From Azolla caroliniana (Eukaryota > Plantae > Polypodiophyta), in the NCBI GenBank assembly GCA_043228905.1, contig JBHGNT010000063.1, positions 85,398-149,397 on the forward strand: a DNA stretch of 64,000 nucleotides, given 5' to 3'. This document shows positions 1 to 13,529 of the stretch, one piece after another. Position 1 is the stretch's first letter, and each line of letters opens with the position of its first letter. The position numbers and the translations under genes were made by a program. The notes beneath the pieces are model-generated. The model did no database searches and was not told the origin of the DNA. It worked only from the letters and a program-made list of their open reading frames with translations.

Positions 1-3000
1 GAAATTACCAAATTTGAGGAGTGAGTTGAGAACAGCCCTTGAGTAAATTAAAATGTTCATACCTGGCTCGTGTGATATCGGATTTTTGTGTTCAAACATG
101 CAAATCGAAGCTAACAACGCTAGCTATGATATGGAATTAAAAAATCAAGAATTTGAAACTCAGGTCGAGAGACATGACGAAATTACCAAATTTGAGGAGT
201 GAGTTGAGAACAGCCCTTGAGTAAATTAAAATGTTCATACCTGGCTCGTGTGATATCGGACATTTGTGTTCAAACATGCAAATCGAAGCTAACAACGCTA
301 GCTATGATATGGAATTAAAAAATCAAGATTTTGAAACTCAAGTCCAGAGACATGACGAAAATAGCAAACTTGAGGAGGGAGTTGAGAGGAGCCCTTGAGT
401 TAATTAAAATGTTCATACCTGGCTCGTGTGATATCGGATTTTTGTGTTTAAACATGCAAACCGAAGCTAACAACGCTAGCTATGATATGGAATTAAAAAA
501 TCAAGAGTTTGAAACTCAGGTCGAGAGACATGACGAAATTACCAAATTTGAGGAGTGAGTTGAGAAGAGCTAGTAGGTAAATTTAAATGTTCATACCTAG
601 CTCGTGTGATATCGGATTTTTGTGTTCAAACATGCAAATCGAAGCTAACAACGCTAGCTATGATATGGAATTAAAAATTCAAGAATTTGAAACTCAGGTC
701 AAGAGACATGACGAAAATAGCAAACTTGAGGAGGGAGTTGAGAGGAGCCCTTGAGTAAATTAAAATGTTCATACCTGGCTCGTGTGATATCGGATTTTTG
801 TGTTCAAACATGCAAATCGAAGCTAACAACGCTAGCTATGATATGGAATTAAAAAATCAAGATTTTGAAACTCAGGTCGAGAGACATGACGAAATTATCA
901 AATTTGAGGAGTGAGTTGAGAACAGCCCTTGAGTAAATTAAAATGTTCATACCTGGCTCGTGTAATATCGGATTTTTGTGTTCAAACATGCGAATCGAAG
1001 CTAACACTTCTACCTATGATATGGAATCAAAAAATCAAGATTTTTAAACTCAGGTCGAGAGACATGACGAAATTACCAAATTTGAGGAGTGAGTTGAGAA
1101 GAGCTAGTAGGTAAATTTAAATGTTCATACCTAGCTCGTGTGATATCGGATTTTTGTGTTCAAACATGCAAATCGAAGCTAACAACGCTAGCTATGATAT
1201 GGAATTAAAAATTCAAGAATTTGAAAGTCAGGTCAAGAGACATGACGAAAATAGCAAACTTGAGGAGGGAGTTGAGAGGAGCCCTTGAGTAAATTAAAAT
1301 GTTCATACCTGGCTCGTGTGATATCGGATTTTTGTGTTCAAACATGCAAATCGAAGCTAACAACGCTAGCTATGATATGGAATTAAAAAATCAAGATTTT
1401 GAAACTCAGGTCGAGAGACATGACGAAATTACCAAATTTGAGGAGTGAGTTGAGAAAAGGTAGTAGGTAAATTTAAATGTTCATACTTGGCTCGTGTGAT
1501 ATCGGATTTTTGTGTTCACACATGCGAATCTAAGCTAACAACGCTAGCTATGATATGGAATTAAAAAATCAAGATTTTGAAACTCAAGTCCAGAGACATG
1601 ACGAAAATAGCAAACTTGAGGAGGGAGTTGAGAGGAGCCCTTGAGTAAATTAAAATGTTCATACCTGGCTCGTGTGATATCGGATTTTTGTGTTCAAACA
1701 TGCAAATCGAAGCTAACAACGCTAGCTATGATATGGAATTAAAAAATCAAGATTTTGAAACTCAGGTCGAGAGACATGACGAAATTATCAAATTTGAGGA
1801 GTGAGTTGAGAACAGCCCTTGAGTAAATTAAAATGTTCATACCTGGCTCGTGTAATATCGGATTTTTGTGTTCAAACATGCGAATCGAAGCTAACACTTC
1901 TACCTATGATATGGAATCAAAAAATCAAGATTTTTAAACTCAGGTCGAGAGACATGACGAAATTACCAAATTTGAGGAGTGAGTTGAGAAGAGCTAGTAG
2001 GTAAATTTAAATGTTCATACCTAGCTCGTGTGATATCGGATTTTTGTGTTCAAACATGCAAATCGAAGCTAACAACGCTAGCTATGATATGGAATTAAAA
2101 ATTCAAGAATTTGAAAGTCAGGTCAAGAGACATGACGAAAATAGCAAACTTGAGGAGGGAGTTGAGAGGAGCCCTTGAGTAAATTAAAATGTTCATACCT
2201 GGCTCGTGTGATATCGGATTTTTGTGTTCAAACATGCAAATCGAAGCTAACAACGCTAGCTATGATATGGAATTAAAAAATCAAGATTTTGAAACTCAGG
2301 TCGAGAGACATGACGAAATTACCAAATTTGAGGAGTGAGTTGAGAAGAGCTAGTAGGTAAATTTAAATGTTCATACTTGGCTCGTGTGATATCGGATTTT
2401 TGTGTTCACACATGCGAATCGAAGCTAACAACGCTAGCTATGATATGGAATTAAAAAATCAAGATTTTGAAACTCAAGTCGAGAGACATGACAAAATTAC
2501 CAAGTTTGAGGAGGGAGTTGAGAGGAGCCCTTGAGTAAATTAAAATGTTCATACCTGGCTCGTGTGATATCGGATTTTTGTGTTCACACATGCGAATCGA
2601 AGCTAACAACGCTAGCTATGATATGGAATTAAAAAATCAAGATTTTGAAACTCAAGTCAAGAGACATGACGAAATTACCAAATTTGAGGAGTGAGTTGAG
2701 AAGAGCCCTTGAGTAAATTAAAATGTTCATACCTGGCTCGTGTGATATCGGATTTTTGTGTTCAAACATGCATATCGAAGCTAACGACGCGAGCTATGAT
2801 ATAGAATTAAAAAATCAAGATTTTGAAACTCAGGTCGAGAGACATGAAAAAATTACCAAATTTGAGGAGTGAGTTGAGAACAGCCCTTGAGTAAATTAAA
2901 ATATTCATACCTGGCTCGTGCGATATCGGATTTTTGTGTTCAAACATGCAAATCGAAGCTAACAACGCTAGCTATGATATGGAATTAAAAAATCAAGATT

Positions 3001-5160
3001 TTGAAACTCAAGTCCAGAGACATGACGAAAATAGCAAACTTGAGGAGGGAGTTGAGAGGAGCCCTTGAGTAAATTAAAATGTTCATACCTGGCTCGTGTG
3101 ATATCGGATTTTTGTGTTCAAACATGCAAATCGAAGCTAACAACGCGAGCTATGATATGGAATTAAAAAATCAAGATTTTGAAACTCAGGTCGAGAGACA
3201 TGACGAAATTACCAAATTTGAGGAGTGAGTTGAGAGGAGCCCTTGAGTAAATTAAAATGTTCATACCTGGCTCGTGTGATATCGGATTTTTGTGTTCAAA
3301 CATGCAAATCGAAGCTAACAACGCTAGCTATGATATGGAATTAAAAAATCAAGATTTTGAAACTCAGGTCGAGAGACATGACGAAATTACCAAATTTGAG
3401 GAGTGAGTTGAGAAGAGCCCTTGAGTAAATTAAAATGTTCATACCTGGCTCGTGTGATATCGGAATTTTGTGTTCAAACATGCAAATCGAAGCTAACAAC
3501 GCTAGGTATGATATGGAATTAAAAAATCAAGATTTTGAAACTCAAGTCGAGAGACATGACGAAATTACCAAATTTGAGGAGTGAGTTGAGAAGAGCCCTT
3601 GAGTAAATTAAAATGTGCATACCTGGCTCGTGTGATATCGGAATTTTGTGTTCAAACTTGCAAATCGAAGCTAACAACGCTAGCTATGATATGGAATTAA
3701 AAAATCAAGATTTCGAAACTCAGGTCGAGAGACATGACGAAATTATCAAATTTGAGGAGTGAGTTGAGAACAGCCCTTGAGTAAATTAAAATGTTCATAC
3801 CTGGCTCGTGTAATATCGGATTTTTGTGTTCAAACATGCGAATCGAAGCTAACACTTCTAGCTATGATATGGAATCAAAAAATCAAGATTTTTAAACTCA
3901 GGTCGAGAGACATGACGAAATTACCAAATTTGAGGAGTGAGTTGAGAAGAGCTAGTAGGTAAATTTAAATGTTCATACCTAGCTCGTGTGATATCGGATT
4001 TTTGTGTTCAAACATGCAAATCGAAGCTAACAACGCTAGCTATGATATGGAATTAAAAATTCTAGAATTTGAAACTCAGGTCAAAAGACATGACGAAAAT
4101 AGCAAACTTGAGGAGGGAGTTGAGAGGAGCCCTTGAGTAAATTAAAATGTTCATACCTGGCTCGTGTGATATCGGATTTTTGTGTTCAAACATGCAAATC
4201 GAAGCTAACAACGCTAGCTATGATATGGAATTAAAAAATCAAGAATTTGAAACTCAGGTCGAGAGACATGACGAAATTACCAAATTTGAGGAGTGAGTTG
4301 AGAACAGCCCTTGAGTAAATTAAAATGTTCATACCTGGCTCGTGTGATATCGGATTTTTGTGTTCAAACATGCAAATCGAAGCTAACAACGCTAGCTATG
4401 ATATGGAATTAAAAAATCAAGAATTTGAAACTCAGGTCGAGAGACATGACGAAATTACCAAATTTGAGGAGTGAGTTGAGAACAGCCCTTGAGTAAATTA
4501 AAATGTTCATACCTGGCTCGTGTGATATCGGACATTTGTGTTCAAACATGCAAATCGAAGCTAACAACGCTAGCTATGATATGGAATTAAAAAATCAAGA
4601 TTTTGAAACTCAAGTCCAGAGACATGACGAAAATAGCAAACTTGAGGAGGGAGTTGAGAGGAGCCCTTGAGTTAATTAAAATGTTCATACCTGGCTCGTG
4701 TGATATCGGATTTTTGTGTTTAAACATGCAAACCGAAGCTAACAACGCTAGCTATGATATGGAATTAAAAAATCAAGAGTTTGAAACTCAGGTCGAGAGA
4801 CATGACGAAATTACCAAATTTGAGGAGTGAGTTGAGAAGAGCTAGTAGGTAAATTTAAATGTTCATACCTAGCTCGTGTGATATCGGATTTTTGTGTTCA
4901 AACATGCAAATCGAAGCTAACAACGCTAGCTATGATATGGAATTAAAAATTCAAGAATTTGAAACTCAGGTCAAGAGACATGACGAAAATAGCAAACTTG
5001 AGGAGGGAGTTGAGAGGAGCCCTTGAGTAAATTAAAATGTTCATACCTGGCTCGTGTGATATCGGATTTTTGTGTTCAAACATGCAAATCGAAGCTAACA
5101 ACGCTAGCTATGATATGGAATTAAAAAATCAAGATTTTGAAACTCAGGTCGAGAGACATG
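1..5160. repeat. Segment ~1-890 repeated at ~4273-5160 (offset 4272 = 24 monomers)
   Basis: Rare variants GGACATTT, GAGTTAATT, GTGTTTAAAC, CAAACCGAAG and CAAGAGTTT occur in the same order in both copies. Identical 75-aa ORFs at 331 and 4603. Confidence 0.85.
540..2340. repeat. Local 5-mer duplication (period 890 bp)
   Basis: CACTTCTACC, GGAATCAAAA, TTTTTAAAC and GAAAGTCAGG variants repeat 890 bp apart. Identical ORFs at 929 and 1819. Confidence 0.8.
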
Positions 5161-5199
5161 ACGAAATTACCAAATTTGAGGAGTGAGTTGAGAAAAGGT

Positions 5200-8040
5200 A
5201 GTAGGTAAATTTAAATGTTCATACTTGGCTCGTGTGATATCGGATTTTGGTGTTCACACATGCGAATCGAAGCTAACAACGCTAGCTATGATATGGAATT
5301 AAAAAATCAAGATTTTGAAACTCAAGTCGAGAGACATGACAAAATTACCAAGTTTGAGGAGGGAGTTGAGAGGAGCCCTTGAGTAAATTAAAATGTTCAT
5401 ACCTGGCTCGTGTGATATCGGATTTTTGTGTTCACACATGCGAATCGAAGCTAACAACGCTAGCTATGATATGGAATTAAAAAATCAAGATTTTGAAACT
5501 CAAGTCAAGAGACATGACGAAATTACCAAATTTGAGGAGTGAGTTGAGAAGAGCCCTTGAGTAAATTAAAATGTTCATACCTGGCTCGTGTGATATCGGA
5601 TTTTTGTGTTCAAACATGCATATCGAAGCTAACGACGCGAGCTATGATATAGAATTAAAAAATCAAGATTTTGAAACTCAGGTCGAGAGACATGAAAAAA
5701 TTACCAAATTTGAGGAGTGAGTTGAGAACAGCCCTTGAGTAAATTAAAATATTCATACCTGGCTCGTGCGATATCGGATTTTTGTGTTCAAACATGCAAA
5801 TCGAAGCTAACAACGCTAGCTATGATATGGAATTAAAAAATCAAGATTTTTAAACTCAGGTCGAGAGACATGACGAAATTACCAAATTTGAGGAGTGAGT
5901 TGAGAAGAGCTAGTAGGTAAATTTAAATGTTCATACCTAGCTCGTGTGATATCGGATTTTTGTGTTCAAACATGCAAATCGAAGCTAACAACGCTAGCTA
6001 TGATATGGAATTAAAAATTCAAGAATTTGAAAGTCAGGTCAAGAGACATGACGAAAATAGCAAACTTGAGGAGGGAGTTGAGAGGAGCCCTTGAGTAAAT
6101 TAAAATGTTCATACCTGGCTCGTGTGATATCGGATTTTTGTGTTCAAACATGCAAATCGAAGCTAACAACGCTAGCTATGATATGGAATTAAAAAATCAA
6201 GAATTTGAAACTCAGGTCGAGAGACATGACGAAATTACCAAATTTGAGGAGTGAGTTGAGAACAGCCCTTGAGTAAATTAAAATGTTCATACCTGGCTCG
6301 TGTGATATCGGAATTTTGTGTTCAAACATGCAAATCGAAGCTAACAACGCGAGCTACGATATGGAATTAAAAAATCAAGATTTTGAAACTCAGGTTGAGA
6401 GACATCACGAAATTACCAAATTTGAGGAGGGAGTTGAGAGGAGCCCTTGAGTAAATTAAAATGTTCATACCTGGCTCGTGTGATATCGGATTTTTGTGTT
6501 CAAACATGCAAATCGAAGCTAACAACGCTAGCTATGATATGGAATTAAAAAATCAAGATTTTGAAACTCAGGTCGAGAGACATGACGAAATTACCAAATT
6601 TGAGGAGTGAGTTGAGAAGAGCTAGTAGGTAAATTTAAATGTTCATACTTGGCTCGTGTGATATCGGATTTTGGTGTTCACACATGCGAATCGAAGCTAA
6701 CAACGCTAGCTATGATATGGAATTAAAAAATCAAGATTTTGAAACTCAAGTCGAGAGACATGACAAAATTACCAAGTTTGAGGAGGGAGTTGAGAGGAGC
6801 CCTTGAGTAAATTAAAATGTTCATACCTGGCTCGTGTGATATTGGATTTTTGTGTTCACACATGCGAATCGAAGCTAACAACGCTAGCTATGATATGGAA
6901 TTAAAAAATCAAGATTTTGAAACTCAAGTCAAGAGACATGACGAAATTACCAAATTTGAGGAGTGAGTTGAGAAGAGCCCTTGAGTAAATTAAAATGTTC
7001 ATACCTGGCTCGTGTGATATCGGATTTTTGTGTTCAAACATGCATATCGAAGCTAACGACGCGAGCTATGATATAGAATTAAAAAATCAAGATTTTGAAA
7101 CTCAGGTCGAGAGACATGAAAAAATTACCAAATTTGAGGAGTGAGTTGAGAACAGCCCTTGAGTAAATTAAAATATTCATACCTGGCTCGTGCGATATCG
7201 GATTTTTGTGTTCAAACATGCAAATCGAAGCTAACAACGCTAGCTATGATATGGAATTAAAAAATCAAGATTTTTAAACTCAGGTCGAGAGACATGACGA
7301 AATTACCAAATTTGAGGAGTGAGTTGAGAAGAGCTAGTAGGTAAATTTAAATGTTCATACCTAGCTCGTGTGATATCGGATTTTTGTGTTCAAACATGCA
7401 AATCGAAGCTAACAACGCTAGCTATGATATGGAATTAAAAATTCAAGAATTTGAAAGTCAGGTCAAGAGACATGACGAAAATAGCAAACTTGAGGAGGGA
7501 GTTGAGAGGAGCCCTTGAGTAAATTAAAATGTTCATACCTGGCTCGTGTGATATCGGATTTTTGTGTTCAAACATGCAAATCGAAGCTAACAACGCTAGC
7601 TATGATATGGAATTAAAAAATCAAGAATTTGAAACTCAGGTCGAGAGACATGACGAAATTACCAAATTTGAGGAGTGAGTTGAGAACAGCCCTTGAGTAA
7701 ATTAAAATGTTCATACCTGGCTCGTGTGATATCGGAATTTTGTGTTCAAACATGCAAATCGAAGCTAACAACGCGAGCTACGATATGGAATTAAAAAATC
7801 AAGATTTTGAAACTCAGGTCGAGAGACATGACGAAATTACCAAATTTGAGGAGGGAGTTGAGAGGAGCCCTTGAGTAAATTAAAATGTTCATACCTGGCT
7901 CGTGTGATATCGGATTTTTGTGTTCAAACATGCAAATCGAAGCTAACAACGCTAGCTATGATATGGAATTAAAAAATCAAGATTTTGAAACTCAGGTCGA
8001 GAGACATGACGAAATTACCAAATTTGAGGAGTGAGTTGAG
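5200..8040. repeat. 8-mer tandem duplication (period 1424 bp)
   Basis: CGGATTTTGG at 5241 and 6665, followed by the same ordered variants (CCAAGTTT, GCATATCG, GAAAAAATT, AAATATTC, GAAAGTCAGG, GAGCTACG). Confidence 0.85.
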
Positions 8041-9320
8041 AAAAGGTAGTAGGTAAATTTAAATGTTCATACTTGGCTCGTGTGATATCGGATTTTTGTG
8101 TTCACACATGCGAATCTAAGCTAACAACGCTAGCTATGATATGGAATTAAAAAATCAAGATTTTGAAACTCAAGTCCAGAGACATGACGAAAATAGCAAA
8201 CTTGAGGAGGGAGTTGAGAGGAGCCCTTGAGTAAATTAAAATGTTCATACCTGGCTCGTGTGATATCGGATTTTTGTGTTCAAACATGCAAATCGAAGCT
8301 AACAACGCTAGCTATGATATGGAATTAAAAAATCAAGATTTTGAAACTCAGGTCGAGAGACATGACGAAATTATCAAATTTGAGGAGTGAGTTGAGAACA
8401 GCCCTTGAGTAAATTAAAATGTTCATACCTGGCTCGTGTGATATCGGATTTTTGTGTTCAAACATGCAAATCGAAGCTAACAACGCTAGCTATGATATGG
8501 AATTAAAAAATCAAGAATTTGAAACTCAGGTCGAGAGACATGACGAAATTACCAAATTTGAGGAGTGAGTTGAGAACAGCCCTTGAGTAAATTAAAATGT
8601 TCATACCTGGCTCGTGTGATATCGGAATTTTGTGTTCAAACATGCAAATCGAAGCTAACAACGCGAGCTACGATATGGAATTAAAAAATCAAGATTTTGA
8701 AACTCAGGTCGAGAGACATGACGAAATTACCAAATTTGAGGAGGGAGTTGAGAGGAGCCCTTGAGTAAATTAAAATGTTCATACCTGGCTCGTGTGATAT
8801 CGGATTTTTGTGTTCAAACATGCAAATCGAAGCTAACAACGCTAGCTATGATATGGAATTAAAAAATCAAGATTTTGAAACTCAGGTCGAGAGACATGAC
8901 GAAATTACCAAATTTGAGGAGTGAGTTGAGAAAAGGTAGTAGGTAAATTTAAATGTTCATACTTGGCTCGTGTGATATCGGATTTTTGTGTTCACACATG
9001 CGAATCTAAGCTAACAACGCTAGCTATGATATGGAATTAAAAAATCAAGATTTTGAAACTCAAGTCCAGAGACATGACGAAAATAGCAAACTTGAGGAGG
9101 GAGTTGAGAGGAGCCCTTGAGTAAATTAAAATGTTCATACCTGGCTCGTGTGATATCGGATTTTTGTGTTCAAACATGCAAATCGAAGCTAACAACGCTA
9201 GCTATGATATGGAATTAAAAAATCAAGATTTTGAAACTCAGGTCGAGAGACATGACGAAATTATCAAATTTGAGGAGTGAGTTGAGAACAGCCCTTGAGT
9301 AAATTAAAATGTTCATACCT
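7520..9320. repeat. 5-mer tandem duplication (period 890 bp)
   Basis: ACGCGAGCTACG at 7771 and 8661. AAAAGGTAGT, GAATCTAAG and TTATCAAA variants repeat at the same offset. Confidence 0.8.
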
Positions 9321-12179
9321 GGCTCGTGTAATATCGGATTTTTGTGTTCAAACATGCGAATCGAAGCTAACACTTCTACCTATGATATGGAATCAAAAAA
9401 TCAAGATTTTTAAACTCAGGTCGAGAGACATGACGAAATTACCAAATTTGAGGAGTGAGTTGAGAAGAGCTAGTAGGTAAATTTAAATGTTCATACCTAG
9501 CTCGTGTGATATCGGATTTTTGTGTTCAAACATGCAAATCGAAGCTAACAACGCTAGCTATGATATGGAATTAAAAATTCAAGAATTTGAAAGTCAGGTC
9601 AAGAGACATGACGAAAATAGCAAACTTGAGGAGGGAGTTGAGAGGAGCCCTTGAGTAAATTAAAATGTTCATACCTGGCTCGTGTGATATCGGATTTTTG
9701 TGTTCAAACATGCAAATCGAAGCTAACAACGCTAGCTATGATATGGAATTAAAAAATCAAGATTTTGAAACTCAGGTCGAGAGACATGACGAAATTACCA
9801 AATTTGAGGAGTGAGTTGAGAAGAGCTAGTAGGTAAATTTAAATGTTCATACTTGGCTCGTGTGATATCGGATTTTTGTGTTCACACATGCGAATCGAAG
9901 CTAACAACGCTAGCTATGATATGGAATTAAAAAATCAAGATTTTGAAACTCAAGTCGAGAGACATGACAAAATTACCAAGTTTGAGGAGGGAGTTGAGAG
10001 GAGCCCTTGAGTAAATTAAAATGTTCATACCTGGCTCGTGTGATATCGGATTTTTGTGTTCACACATGCGAATCGAAGCTAACAACGCTAGCTATGATAT
10101 GGAATTAAAAAATCAAGATTTTGAAACTCAAGTCAAGAGACATGACGAAATTACCAAATTTGAGGAGTGAGTTGAGAAGAGCCCTTGAGTAAATTAAAAT
10201 GTTCATACCTGGCTCGTGTGATATCGGATTTTTGTGTTCAAACATGCATATCGAAGCTAACGACGCGAGCTATGATATAGAATTAAAAAATCAAGATTTT
10301 GAAACTCAGGTCGAGAGACATGAAAAAATTACCAAATTTGAGGAGTGAGTTGAGAACAGCCCTTGAGTAAATTAAAATATTCATACCTGGCTCGTGCGAT
10401 ATCGGATTTTTGTGTTCAAACATGCAAATCGAAGCTAACAACGCTAGCTATGATATGGAATTAAAAAATCAAGATTTTGAAACTCAAGTCCAGAGACATG
10501 ACGAAAATAGCAAACTTGAGGAGGGAGTTGAGAGGAGCCCTTGAGTAAATTAAAATGTTCATACCTGGCTCGTGTGATATCGGATTTTTGTGTTCAAACA
10601 TGCAAATCGAAGCTAACAACGCGAGCTATGATATGGAATTAAAAAATCAAGATTTTGAAACTCAGGTCGAGAGACATGACGAAATTACCAAATTTGAGGA
10701 GTGAGTTGAGAGGAGCCCTTGAGTAAATTAAAATGTTCATACCTGGCTCGTGTGATATCGGATTTTTGTGTTCAAACATGCAAATCGAAGCTAACAACGC
10801 TAGCTATGATATGGAATTAAAAAATCAAGATTTTGAAACTCAGGTCGAGAGACATGACGAAATTACCAAATTTGAGGAGTGAGTTGAGAAGAGCCCTTGA
10901 GTAAATTAAAATGTTCATACCTGGCTCGTGTGATATCGGAATTTTGTGTTCAAACATGCAAATCGAAGCTAACAACGCTAGGTATGATATGGAATTAAAA
11001 AATCAAGATTTTGAAACTCAAGTCGAGAGACATGACGAAATTACCAAATTTGAGGAGTGAGTTGAGAAGAGCCCTTGAGTAAATTAAAATGTGCATACCT
11101 GGCTCGTGTGATATCGGAATTTTGTGTTCAAACTTGCAAATCGAAGCTAACAACGCTAGCTATGATATGGAATTAAAAAATCAAGATTTCGAAACTCAGG
11201 TCGAGAGACATGACGAAATTATCAAATTTGAGGAGTGAGTTGAGAACAGCCCTTGAGTAAATTAAAATGTTCATACCTGGCTCGTGTAATATCGGATTTT
11301 TGTGTTCAAACATGCGAATCGAAGCTAACAACACTAGCTATGATATGGAATAAGAAAATCAAGATTTTGAAACTCAGGTCGAGAGACATGACGAAATTAC
11401 CAAATTTGAGGAGTGAGTTGAGAAGAGCCCTTGAGTAAATTAAAATGTTCATACCTGGCTCGTGTGATATCGGAATTTTGTGTTCAAACATGCAAATCGA
11501 AGCTAACAACGCTAGCTATGATATGGAATTAAAAATTCAAGAATTTGAAACTCAGGTCAAGAGACATGACGAAAATAGCAAACTTGAGGAGGGAGTTGAG
11601 AGGAGCCCTTGAGTAAATTAAAATGTTCATACCTGGCTCGTGTGATATCGGATTTTTGTGTTCAAACATGCAAATCGAAGCTAACAACGCTAGCTATGAT
11701 ATGGAATTAAAAAATCAAGATTTTGAAACTCAGGTCGAGAGACATGACGAAATTACCAAATTTGAGGAGTGAGTTGAGAAGAGCTAGTAGGTAAATTTAA
11801 ATGTTCATACTTGGCTCGTGTGATATCGGATTTTGGTGTTCACACATGCGAATCGAAGCTAACAACGCTAGCTATGATATGGAATTAAAAAATCAAGATT
11901 TTGAAACTCAAGTCGAGAGACATGACAAAATTACCAAGTTTGAGGAGGGAGTTGAGAGGAGCCCTTGAGTAAATTAAAATGTTCATACCTGGCTCGTGTA
12001 ATATCGGATTTTTGTGTTCAAACATGCGAATCGAAGCTAACACTTCTAGCTATGATATGGAATTAAAAAATCAAGATTTTGAAACTCAGGTCGAGAGACA
12101 TGACGAAATTACCAAATTTGAGGAGTGAGTTGAGAAGAGCTAGTAGGTAAATTTAAATGTTCATACCTAGCTCGTGTGA

Positions 12180-13310
12180 TATCGGATTTTTGTGTTCAAA
12201 CATGCAAATCGAAGCTAACAACGCTAGCTATGATATGGAATTAAAAATTCAAGAATTTCAACTCAGGTCGAGAGACATGACGAAAATAGCAAACTTGAGG
12301 AGGGAGTTGAGAGGAGGCCTTGAGTAAATTAAAATGTTCATACCTGGCTCGTGTGATATCGGATTTTTGTGTTCAAACATGCAAATCGAAGCTAACAACG
12401 CTAGCTATGATATGGAATTAAAAAATCAAGATTTTGAAACTCAGGTCGAGAGACATGACGAAATTACCAAATTTGAGGAGTGAGTTGAGAAAAGGTAGTA
12501 GGTAAATTTAAATGTTCATACTTGGCTCGTGTGATATCGGATTTTTGTGTTCACACATGCGAATCTAAGCTAACAACGCTAGCTATGATATGGAATTAAA
12601 AAATCAAGATTTTGAAACTCAAGTCCAGAGACATGACGAAAATAGCAAACTTGAGGAGGGAGTTGAGAGGAGCCCTTGAGTAAATTAAAATGTTCATACC
12701 TGGCTCGTGTGATATCGGATTTTTGTGTTCAAACATGCAAATCGAAGCTAACAACGCTAGCTATGATATGGAATTAAAAATTCAAGAATTTCAACTCAGG
12801 TCGAGAGACATGACGAAAATAGCAAACTTGAGGAGGGAGTTGAGAGGAGGCCTTGAGTAAATTAAAATGTTCATACCTGGCTCGTGTGATATCGGATTTT
12901 TGTGTTCAAACATGCAAATCGAAGCTAACAACGCTAGCTATGATATGGAATTAAAAAATCAAGATTTTGAAACTCAGGTCGAGAGACATGACGAAATTAC
13001 CAAATTTGAGGAGTGAGTTGAGAAAAGGTAGTAGGTAAATTTAAATGTTCATACTTGGCTCGTGTGATATCGGATTTTTGTGTTCACACATGCGAATCTA
13101 AGCTAACAACGCTAGCTATGATATGGAATTAAAAAATCAAGATTTTGAAACTCAAGTCCAGAGACATGACGAAAATAGCAAACTTGAGGAGGGAGTTGAG
13201 AGGAGCCCTTGAGTAAATTAAAATGTTCATACCTGGCTCGTGTGATATCGGATTTTTGTGTTCAAACATGCAAATCGAAGCTAACAACGCTAGCTATGAT
13301 ATGGAATTAA
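12180..13310. repeat. 3-mer tandem duplication (period 533 bp = 3x178-1)
   Basis: AAGAATTTCAACTC (1-bp deletion variant) at 12251 and 12784, each followed by GGAGGCCTT, AAAAGGTAGT and GAATCTAAG. Confidence 0.85.
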
Positions 13311-13529
13311 AAAATCAAGATTTTGAAACTCAGGTCGAGAGACATGACGAAATTACCAAATTTGAGGAGTGAGTTGAGAAGAGCCCTTGAGTAAATTAAA
13401 ATGTTCATACCTGGCTCGTGTGATATCGGAATTTTGTGTTCAAACATGCAAATCGAAGCTAACAACGCTAGGTATGATATGGAATTAAAAAATCAAGATT
13501 TTGAAACTCAAGTCGAGAGACATGACGAA

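Larger units (their letters stand above)
1260..11330. repeat. Dispersed duplication ~1260-3850 = ~8740-11330 (offset 7476 = 42 monomers)
   Basis: GTGCATACC at 3615 and 11091, with linked AACTTGC, TTTCGAAAC, CTAGGTAT, GCATATCG and GTGCGATA variants in the same order. ORF pairs 1819/9295 and 3777/11253. Confidence 0.88.

Noticed and set aside
50-140. Internal sub-repeat structure (ATGTTCATAC vs GTGTTCAAAC; TGATATCGGA vs TGATATGGAA)
   Set aside because: Offsets are inconsistent (35 and 54 bp) and matches are short, so they do not support a defined ancestral subunit or an 89-bp half repeat.
1-178. Identity with Arabidopsis thaliana CEN178, Brassica CentBr or primate alpha satellite
   Set aside because: Length is similar, but I do not recognise their sequence hallmarks (for example, no HindIII AAGCTT site in the consensus). 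A database search is needed to name the family.
1-178. CENP-B box
   Set aside because: I found no match to the TTCG-N4-A-N2-CGGG core on either strand of the consensus by eye.
1-178. Regular 10-bp phasing of A/T tracts
   Set aside because: A/T tracts are present, but spacing is irregular by eye, with long gaps. It cannot be claimed without spectral analysis.
1819-3962. 11-mer HOR suggested by the 1958-bp ORF spacing at 1819/3777
   Set aside because: Only about three monomers match at that offset, so it is not a full repeated 11-mer unit.
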